Shown: positions 18,381 to 28,604, numbered from the stretch's first letter. The stretch: 64,000 bases of DNA from Candidatus Taylorbacteria bacterium RIFCSPHIGHO2_12_FULL_45_16 (GCA_001821055.1 MHRT01000006.1:8572-72571), one strand, 5' to 3'. Notes: a model not told the origin generated them from the sequence alone. A program made the numbers and translations.

Positions 18381-19286
18381 CTACCGTGCGAAACGATGAT
18401 ATATATTTGGACTATAACGGACATCAATATAATCAAATTTCATATACTCCTTCTTGGCCCGAGCGGCGGAGAGGATATGGTTCCAGAATAAAATAAGATT
18501 CGATATCTGCTCCATGGCTGGAGAAATCGTATTGAAATACACTATCGCCGTACTGGAACTCATGTCTGGATTGCGGATATAAATCTCGTATTCCCTGTCG
18601 TTCTTCATAAGCATGGCGTCAATTGTGATATTATTGCGCTGAATGGTCTCGTAAACTTGTTGGATGACGGAAAATTCCTCTGTGGATGTGGCTCGAGTGC
18701 CGACAAGTTTGGTCAAGGAATCAGTGCTTCCATCACTCGACTCCAGGTCTGGCACATAATACCTATTATAGACATCTCCGGAAAAAGAAGGCGCCTTTTT
18801 GAACAATATACCTGATGAATCCGCAAAATAACAGGCATCCGAATCATCGAGCGACAATTCATTGTTGTTGAAGTCGGGCAAGGTCGCGCAGACCACCGCC
18901 GATGGTATTTTTTCATGCACCGTCACGATGAGCGTGTGGAAACCGGCCCTGCGCAAATCTATTGATTCAACTTCCCGGTATATGTTCCAGATGACCGAGC
19001 GAATTTCGGAACGAGGATATATCAATGAGTTGTTTCGGGGGAACACGCCAATATAGCTTCCGGACAGTATTTCCGTGACTTTGTCATGCAAAATCTGGAC
19101 CTCCTGATTTTCGACGCCCGCAATTTGCACATTCGTAATAGTAAACAGATTGGTTGAGACTACGCCCCAAACGACAAGAATACTGATGCATAACATACCA
19201 GCAATACCGATAACGCACGAAGTCAGGCGCGCCCGACGCCTGGCTATAAAAGTTTTTGATTGTCTGGATCGGTGACGAGAACGCAT
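18381..19286 (-). CDS. ftsQ: Cell division protein FtsQ/DivIB-like (POTRA domain)
   Basis: Basic N-terminus, single TM, then ITNVQIAGVENQEVQ...LRRAGFHTLIVTVHEKIPSAVVC POTRA-like pattern. Confidence 0.55.
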   Translation of the reverse strand: MRSRHRSRQSKTFIARRRARLTSCVIGIAGMLCISILVVWGVVSTNLFTITNVQIAGVENQEVQILHDKVTEILSGSYIGVFPRNNSLIYPRSEIRSVIWNIYREVESIDLRRAGFHTLIVTVHEKIPSAVVCATLPDFNNNELSLDDSDACYFADSSGILFKKAPSFSGDVYNRYYVPDLESSDGSTDSLTKLVGTRATSTEEFSVIQQVYETIQRNNITIDAMLMKNDREYEIYIRNPDMSSSTAIVYFNTISPAMEQISNLILFWNHILSAARAKKEYMKFDYIDVRYSPNIYHRFAR

Positions 19287-19310
19287 TTGGTGTTACCAAT
19301 TAGGAAAAGC

Positions 19311-20579
19311 CTATTGTGTATTTAAACTTTCTTTACCAAGATAAGAGACAAGTGGTTCCGGAACTTTGATTGTGCCATCGTCCTGCTGATAATTTTCGAT
19401 GAGAGACACGAGGATGCGTGGCGTCGGAATGGCGGTAGAATTGAGCGAGTGGGTGTAGCGGAGAATCCCTTCGGCGTCACGATAACGGATGTTGAGCCTG
19501 CGTGTTTGGAAATCATGGAAATAAGACGCCGATGAAATCTCACGGTATCTTTTTTCTTTTGGAACCCAGAGCTCAATGTCGTATTTTTTCACCTGCCCAA
19601 GTCCGAGATCGCCACCACAGTTAATCACGGTGCGGTATGGAATGCCCAACGACTCTATAAACTCTTCGGTATTACGATTGACTTCTTCATGGTGCTTGAC
19701 TGATGTCTCGTGATTGGCTTCGCAGATGATAACTTGCTCAAACTTGTAGAATTCATTGACGCGAATCAAACCATTCGTATCTTTGCCGTGCGCTCCAGCT
19801 TCCCGACGATAACATGGAGAAAAACCAAGATAACGTTTTGGCAATTCGGCCATCAACAATGTTTCGTCATTATGCATTCCCATAAGCGGGACTTCGGCGG
19901 TGCCGGCCAAATAATCTCCGTCCTGGGTCTTGTACATATCTTCTTCTCCTTGTGGCAGATAGCCTGTGCCGAAGAAATTTATTTTGCGGACAATGACTGG
20001 GGGCAATATAGGCGTGAAATTTTTCTTGGAAAAAAAGTCAAGCGCATAGTTCCAAATGGCAAAACACAGCTTCACGCCATCACCGACCAGAAAATATCCA
20101 CGGAAACCATGGACTTTACTGCCACGCTCAAAATCAGCTAGGCCAAGTTTGGTCATCAGTTCAATGTGGTCTTTTGGTTCAAATCGAAAGGTCGGCTTGT
20201 CGCCCCAGACTCTGATTTCTTTGTTTTCTGCGTCGCTCTCCCCATCAGGCACAGACATGTCCGGAATGTTCGGCACGCGGAGCATCGCATTCTGCCAATC
20301 AATCATCACTTGTTTCAACGTGGCTTCATCGGTCTCCAAAGCGATCTTGACCGTCTTCATGCCGGCAATAAGGGAGACACGTTCATCGGATGAGACTGCC
20401 GAGGCGATTCTTGAACTTGCGGCATTCTGTTCCGCGCGACGAGACTCAACGCCTACAAGAAGCGTGCGGCGTTTGTCGTCAAGCGCCAGAAGTTCGTCAA
20501 CTTTGAAATCAAGACATTTCTTCTTGGCGGCTAGGTCAATAAGGTCCTTATTCTCGCGAATGAATTTGATGTCTAACAT
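19311..20579 (-). CDS. serS: Serine--tRNA ligase
   Basis: MLDIKFIREN coiled-coil N-term, class II motifs (FSPCYRREAG, GLGQ..., RY REISS). Confidence 0.9.
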   Translation of the reverse strand: MLDIKFIRENKDLIDLAAKKKCLDFKVDELLALDDKRRTLLVGVESRRAEQNAASSRIASAVSSDERVSLIAGMKTVKIALETDEATLKQVMIDWQNAMLRVPNIPDMSVPDGESDAENKEIRVWGDKPTFRFEPKDHIELMTKLGLADFERGSKVHGFRGYFLVGDGVKLCFAIWNYALDFFSKKNFTPILPPVIVRKINFFGTGYLPQGEEDMYKTQDGDYLAGTAEVPLMGMHNDETLLMAELPKRYLGFSPCYRREAGAHGKDTNGLIRVNEFYKFEQVIICEANHETSVKHHEEVNRNTEEFIESLGIPYRTVINCGGDLGLGQVKKYDIELWVPKEKRYREISSASYFHDFQTRRLNIRYRDAEGILRYTHSLNSTAIPTPRILVSLIENYQQDDGTIKVPEPLVSYLGKESLNTQ

Positions 20580-20704
20580 ATAAATAGTGTATCATAATCA
20601 ACGCGAATATTGAATTTCCCCTCCTTTCGAACAAAAACTACATAGTTGCACTCGCTCGCTTATCATTACGAGGTCGCGGATTATCATAGATCAATTACAA
20701 CCTC

Positions 20705-21670
20705 ATGAATCTTACTATTTATACCATCACCCCATACCAATATCCCGAATTACTTCAACAGATTCGCCCACTGCCAAAACAGCTCTATGTGGCCGGAACC
20801 ATCCCGCCTGATGATCAAATATTTCTTTGCGTCATCGGATCGCGCATGCACAGCGCTTATGGCAAGGAAGCCTGTAGAAAAATCATCCTCGGATTGCACG
20901 GCCAGCCAGTAGTCATCGTATCCGGCATGGCTGTAGGCATTGATTCGATCGCCCATGAAGCTGCATTGGAAGCTGGATTGAAAACAGTCGCTTTCCCCGG
21001 TTCGGGACTTTCTTCCCAAACGCTCTATCCTCCCAGCCGGCGCAATCTGGCGGAACGCATATTGAACTCTGGTGGTGCGCTCATTTCATCTTTTCAACCG
21101 GAGCAAGCCGGGACAATTTGGACTTTCCCGTATCGCAATCGCTTGATGGCTGGCATTTCGCATGCCACGTTAATAATAGAAGGACGACAAGGTTCAGGTA
21201 CGCTTGGCACAGCCACTTATGCCACGGAGCTGGGACGCGATGTTATGATTGTACCTGGTTCAATCTTTTCCGAACTTTCCTACGGCCCGCTCCTCCTTAT
21301 GAAAGAAGGCGCCTCGCCGGTAACCTCAGCCGAGGATGTTCTGCATGAGCTCGACTTTGTCCGTGAGCGTCTGGCGAAAGTAGAGCGCAGTCCAGAGCGT
21401 CTGGCGGCTACTTTGGCAAAGATGAAGAAGCGGGAAGAGACGCGGCTGGCTGGGAAAACGGCAATACAAGGTCCCCAGGTGGATATAAGTCAACTTGTGC
21501 TTTCAGGTGAGGAACGGACAGTGTATGAGTGTTTGCGCGATAAACCCCTGCCGGCGACTGATATTATGGAGAGATTATCTATGCCGGTTTCGATCTTCAA
21601 TATCACAGTTTCGGAATTGGAAATGAAGGGTCTAGTCGCGCAAGAATCTGGTCGCTACAAAAAATTATAA
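20705..21670 (+). CDS. dprA: DNA processing protein DprA (Smf)
   Basis: Rossmann-like core IGSRMHSAYGKEA...VIVSGMAVGIDSIAHEAAL; synteny immediately upstream of topA. Confidence 0.85.
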   Translation: MNLTIYTITPYQYPELLQQIRPLPKQLYVAGTIPPDDQIFLCVIGSRMHSAYGKEACRKIILGLHGQPVVIVSGMAVGIDSIAHEAALEAGLKTVAFPGSGLSSQTLYPPSRRNLAERILNSGGALISSFQPEQAGTIWTFPYRNRLMAGISHATLIIEGRQGSGTLGTATYATELGRDVMIVPGSIFSELSYGPLLLMKEGASPVTSAEDVLHELDFVRERLAKVERSPERLAATLAKMKKREETRLAGKTAIQGPQVDISQLVLSGEERTVYECLRDKPLPATDIMERLSMPVSIFNITVSELEMKGLVAQESGRYKKL

Positions 21671-21708
21671 TTTGCCACTCTCCGTATTATCATGTAATAC
21701 TGTCCTCA

Positions 21709-24021
21709 ATGAAACTAGTCATCGTCGAATCCCCTTCAAAATCAAAGACAATCTCCAAATACCTCGGGGAAAATTTTGTCGTCCGCGCCTCGGTAGGACA
21801 TGTCCGCGATCTGCCCAAATCAAGCAAAAAAGCAATAGATATAGAGGGGGGATTTATTCCTCACTATGAGATAGTAGCCAAAAAGGAGGGCGTGTTGGCT
21901 GATATATCCGCCGAAGCCAAAAAGTCCGATGAAATCATCCTGGCATCCGACCCTGACCGAGAAGGAGAAGCTATCGCTTGGCATATTTCCGAAATACTCA
22001 AAGAGCGACTCGGCAAGACCGTGGCCAGAAAAATCAAACGCATCGCTTTTCATGAAATTACCAAAGAGGCAATAGAGGAAGCTTTGCAACATCCGCGGAT
22101 TATCGACGAAAACCTCAAAGAGGCTCAGGAAGCCAGACGCGTACTCGATCGTCTCGTCGGCTATGACCTATCGGGACTTATCTGGAAAAAAGTCCGTTAT
22201 GGTCTCTCCGCCGGCCGGGTACAATCGCCCGCTTTACGCATCATAGTTGAGCGCGAGCGCGAGATACGAGCGTTCAAATCAGAAGCATTTTGGGTGATTG
22301 AGGGTATATGGAAAACAGTGACCGGCGAATCACTTGGACTTGTCTGCTCCAAAGAACCACGAGACAAAAAAGAAGTTGAGGATATTATCACGCGAGCTCG
22401 CACGGAAAAATGGCAAGTCATCGACATCGAAGAGTCGGAAGTCAAACGCGCACCGCGCGCGCCGTTCATCACCTCTACTTTGCAGCAAGCCGCCAGCTCT
22501 CGTCTTGGTTTTTCTCCTTCAAGAACCATGGGTATCGCCCAGAAACTCTATGAATCTGGAGCCATTACTTATATGCGCACGGACTCGACCAACCTCGGAA
22601 CGCAGGCGCTCGATCAGATCGGCGCGGTCGTCAAAAAACAATATGGCGAAAATTATCTTTCATTCAGAAAATACACAACTAAAAGCAAGAATGCCCAAGA
22701 AGCGCATGAAGCCATCCGTCCGTCTCATTTTGACAGATTGAATGCCGGGCATACCGATGAGCAGAAAAAATTATACCGTTTGATCTGGCAACGCGCCGTA
22801 GCTTCACAGATGACGGATGCGCAAATCATGCGCACCAAGATTATTGCCAAAATTCAGACCTCAAGGTCTGACCTTGCTGAATTCCCAAATTTCGAAGCCA
22901 CCGGCTCACGCATTCTATTTGACGGCTGGCTCAAGGCCGATCCGGAGTCCAACGGCGAAGAAATTACTTTACCAAAATGCGCAAAAGACGAGCCGCTTGA
23001 TTTGATCTCCATTGACTCACAGGAAAAACAGACTCTGCCGCCACCGAGATACACCGAAGCTGGTCTGATCAAAGAATTGGAAAAACGTGGTATTGGCCGA
23101 CCTTCAACATATGCTTCCATCTGCAAAACAATCGAAGATCGGGGTTATGTGGCAAAAGAAGGTCGTTCACTGAGACCAACAGATACTGGTGAAGTCGTCT
23201 CTTCATTCCTGGAAGAATACTTTCCAACCTATATCAGCGACACATTCACGGCCGAGATGGAAGACCATTTGGATGAAATAGCCAACGGCACTCGCACTTA
23301 TCTAAAGACGCTGAGTGAATTCTACGGCCCTTTTCATAAAGAGGTCAAATCAAAGGAAAAAGTCGCCAAAGCCACCAATCTCGGAGTCGCCGATGCGAAA
23401 TTCAAGTGTCCAAAATGTGGCACGACACCAATGGAGATCAAGTTGGGTCGCAACGGCAAGTTTTTGTCGTGCGTGAAATATCCGGATTGCGATGGCGCGC
23501 TCACTTTGGACGGTCATGAATTCAAAAAAGACGAGCCTATTGGTACGGATCCGACGACAGGCCTGCCCATCTTCGTCTTGAACGGCAGATTCGGTCCTTA
23601 TGTGCAGTTGGGATTGAAGTTACCGAAGATTAAAAAGACGCGCAGCAAAAAATTGGTTATTTCTGAAACAATCACAACCCTTATCACCCCCGCCCCAGAA
23701 AGCCCAGTTGAAACTACCCCCGCCCCCATCAAACCAAAGATGGCTTCTATTCCACGTGGCACCGATCCTTCAACAGTCACAGTAGTTGATGCCCTCAAAT
23801 ATTTGTCCTTGCCGCGCAACCTAGGCGTAGATCCAAAAACTGGCAAAGATGTGGTCGCCTCCGCCGGACGCTTCGGACCATATGTTGTGTCTGATGGCAA
23901 TTATCGTTCAATAAAAACGCCTGACAATGTTTATGATATTGATCTGAAGCGCGCGTTGGAGATGCTGGCCGTGGAAAAAAAGCCCAGAGGATTCGCAAAA
24001 AAGAAAAAGGCGGTGGAATAA
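21709..24021 (+). CDS. topA: DNA topoisomerase I
   Basis: MKLVIVESPSKSKTISKYLG TOPRIM start, active-site Tyr region, C-terminal Zn-ribbon (CPKCG) and Lys-rich repeats. Confidence 0.95.
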   Translation: MKLVIVESPSKSKTISKYLGENFVVRASVGHVRDLPKSSKKAIDIEGGFIPHYEIVAKKEGVLADISAEAKKSDEIILASDPDREGEAIAWHISEILKERLGKTVARKIKRIAFHEITKEAIEEALQHPRIIDENLKEAQEARRVLDRLVGYDLSGLIWKKVRYGLSAGRVQSPALRIIVEREREIRAFKSEAFWVIEGIWKTVTGESLGLVCSKEPRDKKEVEDIITRARTEKWQVIDIEESEVKRAPRAPFITSTLQQAASSRLGFSPSRTMGIAQKLYESGAITYMRTDSTNLGTQALDQIGAVVKKQYGENYLSFRKYTTKSKNAQEAHEAIRPSHFDRLNAGHTDEQKKLYRLIWQRAVASQMTDAQIMRTKIIAKIQTSRSDLAEFPNFEATGSRILFDGWLKADPESNGEEITLPKCAKDEPLDLISIDSQEKQTLPPPRYTEAGLIKELEKRGIGRPSTYASICKTIEDRGYVAKEGRSLRPTDTGEVVSSFLEEYFPTYISDTFTAEMEDHLDEIANGTRTYLKTLSEFYGPFHKEVKSKEKVAKATNLGVADAKFKCPKCGTTPMEIKLGRNGKFLSCVKYPDCDGALTLDGHEFKKDEPIGTDPTTGLPIFVLNGRFGPYVQLGLKLPKIKKTRSKKLVISETITTLITPAPESPVETTPAPIKPKMASIPRGTDPSTVTVVDALKYLSLPRNLGVDPKTGKDVVASAGRFGPYVVSDGNYRSIKTPDNVYDIDLKRALEMLAVEKKPRGFAKKKKAVE

Positions 24022-24298
24022 GGAGACATTAGTCCAGATTGACTTCATGTGCATATATGCGAAGATGTCCATGGAGTGCTTCCGACACAATGCAAAACGC
24101 GAGCACGCCGCGGAAAAGTATACATAGACTCCCAACATGCGTGATATCCAGACTTCTGGTCCCTCAAAAAAGAGGGATGCTGCATTGAGGCCATTTGCAG
24201 CCTCGCATCTGGTAAGATCCGTGATTGCAAAAAGGAAGATCGTGATTACGGCTTGTGACGTCGCTATGATATCCGGCGACGCATACGCGGACATCGCT

Positions 24299-24329
24299 CG
24301 ACCATTCGGAAGTGGTCGAGCGCTTTTTT
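24299..24329 (+). terminator. Rho-independent terminator-like hairpin in topA/parB convergent spacer
   Basis: cgaccattcggaagtggtcg hairpin then cttttttc. Confidence 0.45.
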
Positions 24330-24342
24330 CCCAGTAAAACCA

Positions 24343-25389
24343 TCAGAGTGAAAAATTCTTCAGCAAATACAAATCCTCATTCTCTTCTTTCTGCACATCA
24401 ACTGGAGCGCGATCATCGACGGGTGGAGTAGAGTTTGTGTCTGAAATGTTCGGCTGGGAATTTACCTCGCCAGAGTCTGGAACTTCTGATTTTGAATTTG
24501 GGATTTGCTCTCGCCTCGCTGAAGCTGCGGCGAAGCGGATAGGACTTGGAGTTTCGGATTTCTGTTTACTTAACTTCTCCAAAAGCGTCCGCAAATCGTC
24601 CGGCGAGAAAAAATCGATAGTCACCGTCCCACCATCCTTGGTCTTTTCGATCCTGACTCGCGTACCCAATGATTCCGTAAAATTCTTCTCCATCTCAATC
24701 ATGGCTGGATCTAAATATTTACCTTTATTGCGGATGCGCTCCGTGGCCACGCGACGCGACAATCCTTCAGCCTCGCGGACCGTCAGTCTCTTGGCCATGA
24801 TCTCCTTAAATAGAACCACCTGCTCTTCTGGCCTATCAACAAGCATCAAGAGTGGACGTGTGTGTCCCTCAGAGATTTTCCCTTCTTCAAGCGCGCTTAT
24901 CATCTCATCAGGCAGCGTCAAAATACGCATAGAGTTGGAAACATATTCGCGACTCTTGCCGACTTTCTCGGCGATCTGAGATTGTTTCAAGTTGAATTCC
25001 TTGGCAAGCCGTTCAAAAGAACGCGCGCGGTCAACCGCATTCAAATCTTCGCGCTGGAGATTCTCAATGATGGCCATTTCCAGCTTGAGCTGTGGATCTT
25101 CCGGGGCACTCCTGATGAGTGCTGGAACTTGAGACAGACCAGCCAATCTGGAAGCCCGAAGACGGCGTTCGCCAGATATGAGCTCATATTCCACTGTCAT
25201 ACCACCACTTTCATGAAATACTTCTTTGCGGGTTACCACCAAGGGTTGTAACACGCCGTACATACGAATGGATTCTGCCAAACTCTTGAGTGCCACCTCG
25301 TCAAATTCGCGTCGAGGCTGATAGGGGTTAGGGCTGATTTTGTCCACTTCTATCCAGAAGATAGCGTCATTTACATATGCGGTGGTCAT
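24343..25389 (-). CDS. parB: ParB/Spo0J family partition protein (no adjacent parA)
   Basis: ParB box GERRLRA, HTH region, disordered C-terminal tail. Confidence 0.8.
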   Translation of the reverse strand: MTTAYVNDAIFWIEVDKISPNPYQPRREFDEVALKSLAESIRMYGVLQPLVVTRKEVFHESGGMTVEYELISGERRLRASRLAGLSQVPALIRSAPEDPQLKLEMAIIENLQREDLNAVDRARSFERLAKEFNLKQSQIAEKVGKSREYVSNSMRILTLPDEMISALEEGKISEGHTRPLLMLVDRPEEQVVLFKEIMAKRLTVREAEGLSRRVATERIRNKGKYLDPAMIEMEKNFTESLGTRVRIEKTKDGGTVTIDFFSPDDLRTLLEKLSKQKSETPSPIRFAAASARREQIPNSKSEVPDSGEVNSQPNISDTNSTPPVDDRAPVDVQKEENEDLYLLKNFSL

Positions 25390-25494
25390 AGTATAATTGT
25401 ATCAGAAAGCTAGTGCTATGAAAAATCAATCGAAAAAAGAAACTGTGAGGATTACGCTGCCGCCGCGACAGCCCGTTTCAACTGCCCACAGAGC

Positions 25495-25737
25495 ATGGAC
25501 TATGTTCAAACACAATGTCCTCAATCCTATTTGGAGAACGAGGACTGGTCCAAAGCCAGTGGTTCGGTTTTAAAGGTGAAAGGCATTACCATGAAAATCG
25601 AGCATTTTGTTATGCGCTCCATCGCGCCTCTTCGAAACCCTTGGGTAGCTTGGTCAATACTCATCGGATCTATCGCCCTTTCAATGTTTTTCACCTTGGT
25701 CGACCCGGCTCCTGTCCGACACTGGCTCGGACTCTGA
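25495..25737 (+). CDS. Hypothetical small membrane protein (80 aa; may start at internal Met)
   Basis: ORF with one hydrophobic helix (WVAWSILIGSIALSMFFTLV) followed 30 nt later by a rho-independent terminator; weak. Confidence 0.25.
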   Translation: MDYVQTQCPQSYLENEDWSKASGSVLKVKGITMKIEHFVMRSIAPLRNPWVAWSILIGSIALSMFFTLVDPAPVRHWLGL

Positions 25738-25766
25738 CCGGTAAATCGTCCTGACAGTTCACCACA

Positions 25767-25800
25767 CCGCCTTTCGACAAGCTCAAGGCGGCATTTTTTG
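25767..25800 (+). terminator. Rho-independent terminator upstream of tRNA-Leu
   Basis: ccgcctt-tcgacaagctc-aaggcgg followed by cattttttg. Confidence 0.6.
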
Positions 25801-25842
25801 TATTTGATTTTAAGGGAAATTCGGGTAGACTGGTACGAGTAT

Positions 25843-25927
25843 GCCGGGATGGCGGAATTGGTAGACGCACACGACTCAAAATCGTGCGGAGTAATCCATG
25901 GGAGTTCGATTCTCCCTCCCGGCACCA
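25843..25927 (+). tRNA. tRNA-Leu (anticodon CAA), encoded CCA
   Basis: GCCGGGA acceptor, long variable arm, anticodon loop CUCAAAA, T-loop UUCGAUU, 3-prime ...UCCCGGCACCA. Confidence 0.85.
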
Positions 25928-25936
25928 AAATATATT

Positions 25937-26968
25937 ATGTCTGAAACGAAGAAAAGCCCACTCCTCGTGATTCTCGGACCTACGGCCGTGGGCAAGAGCG
26001 ACTTGGCCATAAAGATCTCCAAATGGATTGCGCGAAAAAAGATCGGCGGTTATAAAGGCGCTGAAATAATCTCCGCGGATTCGCGGCAAGTTTATCGTAG
26101 TTTGAATATTGGCACCGGAAAAATCACCAAAAAAGAAATGGCGGGCATCAAACATCACCTTCTAGATGTCGCCGATCCGCGCCAGCGATTTAGCGTCGTT
26201 GATTATGTCAGGTTAGCGCGAAAAGCCGAGGCTGATATTCGCGTCCGAGGGAAGTTACCGATAATCTGCGGAGGCACCGGTTTTTACATTTCGGCGCTGG
26301 TTGACGGCATATCCATACATGATGCTCCGCCGGACAGAGCCTTGCGCGAAACACTCAAAAGAAAACCTGCGGCCAAACTACTGGAAATGCTGGCGAAGAT
26401 AGACCTTGGGCGCGCGAAGTCCATGAGCTCCGGCTCTAGAAACGGTGATGATAGGAATCCGAGACGACTGATTCGCGCCATTGAGATAGCCTTGGCGGAA
26501 AATAAAGTGAGGGGGCTGTCGGTTCTCGTCAATCAGCCAGTAGAGATTGCCACCAGCGCGATGCGTTCCGACAAACAACCCCCTCGGGATAATTATGACT
26601 CATTATTTATCGGTTTGAAAGTCCACCGCGATATCCTAAGATCGCGAATACATGACAGGCTTATCAGACGATTGAAGCAAGGAATGATTACCGAAGCAAA
26701 ACGACTACATATTCCGCCGACGAAGGGGGCGGCCTTATCCTGGAAACGCATGGATGAGTTGGGTCTTGAATATAGATATCTGGCGTATTTTTTGAAAAAT
26801 GAACTGACTCGAGAAGAACTCATTGATCGCCTATCGACCAAGATTTGGCAGTATGCAAAAAGGCAGATGACGTGGTTCAAGAGAGATGCGAGAATCACAT
26901 GGTTTGAGCCGGATCAGAAAGAATTAATCGAGGATTTGGTCAAAACTTTTCTTGTAAATAAACAGTAG
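25937..26968 (+). CDS. miaA: tRNA dimethylallyltransferase
   Basis: P-loop GPTAVGKSDLAI, MiaA body; tracked ORF start at 25898 lies inside the tRNA, ATG at 25937 (MSETKK) is the likely start. Confidence 0.85.
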   Translation: MSETKKSPLLVILGPTAVGKSDLAIKISKWIARKKIGGYKGAEIISADSRQVYRSLNIGTGKITKKEMAGIKHHLLDVADPRQRFSVVDYVRLARKAEADIRVRGKLPIICGGTGFYISALVDGISIHDAPPDRALRETLKRKPAAKLLEMLAKIDLGRAKSMSSGSRNGDDRNPRRLIRAIEIALAENKVRGLSVLVNQPVEIATSAMRSDKQPPRDNYDSLFIGLKVHRDILRSRIHDRLIRRLKQGMITEAKRLHIPPTKGAALSWKRMDELGLEYRYLAYFLKNELTREELIDRLSTKIWQYAKRQMTWFKRDARITWFEPDQKELIEDLVKTFLVNKQ

Positions 26969-27227
26969 GTAAATAAAGTGGCAGCAGACTGTGAAGTCCG
27001 CTGCCGGAAAAGGTGGGTGTGCAGAGTGTAAATCGCTTGCGCAATCCGCATGAAAAGCGTACGAAGTCGAAAGCAAGAGTCAGCTACAGTAATTCCGGAA
27101 CAACAGCCCCATGCCCATGAAAAGGCATCTGGAACAATCCGTAACACCGCTCTGCTTCGCTAAACGACCCAGTATCACCAGCACCACCCGCATCTATCCT
27201 AGCAGATTACATCGGGTCTGTCAATCC

Positions 27228-28376
27228 CTACTTCCCCTTTCTCTTCAAATACTTCTTCCCTTTCAGCTTCTCTGGTAGATACCCCGTCTTGTCGTATTTC
27301 TCATATCCTTTTCCATAATTTAGCTCCTTCATCAATTTTGTTGGTGCGTTCCTGATCTTGAAGGGGATTGAAATATTTCCTGTCTTCTTCACATCATCCA
27401 GCGCTTCAAAATAAGCATCATAGGCGGAACGGTCCTTGGCCGCTAGAGCCAGATATGTCGTACCATGCGCCAAGTTGATCTGGGCTTCGGGCATACCTAT
27501 AACATCCACGGCATTGAAAACCGCGTTGGCGACAACCAGCGCCGTCGGCTGTGCCAGCCCTATATCTTCCGAGGCAAAAATAATCATTCGTCTAGCAATG
27601 AACTTCGGGTCCTCACCGCCCGCCAACATCCGTGCCAGATAATATATGGCCGCGTCGACGTCACCTGCCCGCAAACTTTTGATGTAGGCTGAAATCGTAT
27701 CATAGTGTTCCTCCCCTTTTTTATCAAAACGTATGAACATGTGCTCAAAAGCACTTTTGAGAGTATCCACCGTCACCGAGCCATAGAAACGCTTGGTGTT
27801 TTCTAGGGCGGTAATGGCAATGCGCGCATCACCGTTGGCTAGATTGATCAGCCATTGGAGCGCGTCTTTTGGCACCTTTATCTTGGCTCTTTCAATAATT
27901 TTCACCAAGTTCTTTTCCGAAAGACTCTCCAGCACAAATACCCGACATCGCGACAGCAAAGCTGAAATCACTTCAAAGCTTGGATTTTCCGTAGTCGCCC
28001 CTATCAGAGTCAGCTTACCGCTTTCCACAAATGGCAAAAGGTAGTCCTGCTGGGCTTTGTTGAAGCGATGAATCTCATCCAAGAATAAGACTTTTGGCCG
28101 CTGGTCCAAAAGCGTGTCAGGCTCATTGACAATGGCTTTGATGTCATCCTTCCCCGCCGAAACAGCTGACAATTCGTAAATGCGAGCATTGACTGCCTTG
28201 GCATAAATCCGAGCGATAGTCGTTTTCCCAGTCCCCGGCGGTCCCCACAGAATGAAGGAAAAGAGGTGCTTGCCCTCGATGGCCGTGCGTAATGGTTTAT
28301 TCCGGCCTACCAAATGCGCCTGACCAACAAAGTCTTTGAGGGTAGTGGGACGGATGCGTGAGGCGAGGGGTTCCAT
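27228..28376 (-). CDS. rarA: Replication-associated recombination protein A (AAA ATPase RarA/MgsA)
   Basis: FILWGPPGTGKTTIARIYA Walker A, FLDEIHRFNKAQQD, MgsA C-terminal domain. Confidence 0.85.
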   Translation of the reverse strand: MEPLASRIRPTTLKDFVGQAHLVGRNKPLRTAIEGKHLFSFILWGPPGTGKTTIARIYAKAVNARIYELSAVSAGKDDIKAIVNEPDTLLDQRPKVLFLDEIHRFNKAQQDYLLPFVESGKLTLIGATTENPSFEVISALLSRCRVFVLESLSEKNLVKIIERAKIKVPKDALQWLINLANGDARIAITALENTKRFYGSVTVDTLKSAFEHMFIRFDKKGEEHYDTISAYIKSLRAGDVDAAIYYLARMLAGGEDPKFIARRMIIFASEDIGLAQPTALVVANAVFNAVDVIGMPEAQINLAHGTTYLALAAKDRSAYDAYFEALDDVKKTGNISIPFKIRNAPTKLMKELNYGKGYEKYDKTGYLPEKLKGKKYLKRKGK

Positions 28377-28533
28377 AGTGGTAGTATACGCCTGAAATAA
28401 TTAAATACAAAAACACTTCATTCGGTTCAATCTGGACGGGGTTTGGCAGATTTCGATCAAAAAGCTGCAGAGCGTCTATCGCTGTTCGAGGAGTTATCAA
28501 AAAGTACCAAACGGAGATTGCTTGTTTATTCTG

Positions 28534-28604
28534 CGGGCGATGGAAGAATCGAACTTCCGACAGCGGTTTTGGAGACCGCAGTTATGCCACTTAACTAATC
28601 GCCC
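28534..28604 (-). tRNA. tRNA-Trp (anticodon CCA)
   Basis: Reverse strand: GGGCGAU acceptor, D-loop AGUGGCA, anticodon loop CUCCAAA, T-arm GGAAG-UUCGAUU-CUUCC; classic rpmG-tRNA-Trp arrangement. Confidence 0.75.

Noticed and set aside
20580-20704. T-box leader upstream of serS
   Set aside because: Only ~125 bp of leader, too short for a T-box, and no specifier/antiterminator motifs.
21672-21869. 65-aa ORF overlapping topA start
   Set aside because: Different frame across the strongly supported topA N-terminus.
25440-25800. tmRNA, RNase P RNA or SRP RNA in the GC-rich spacer before tRNA-Leu
   Set aside because: None of the hallmark motifs are present: RNase P GGAAAGUCCGG / ACAGAACCCGGCUUA, tmRNA tRNA-like ends, or SRP GGAAGGAAGCAGC. 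Kept only as an unclassified spacer.
25527-26158. Minus-strand ORFs 25527-25928 and 25691-26158
   Set aside because: They run through tRNA-Leu and the miaA start; incompatible with the tRNA.
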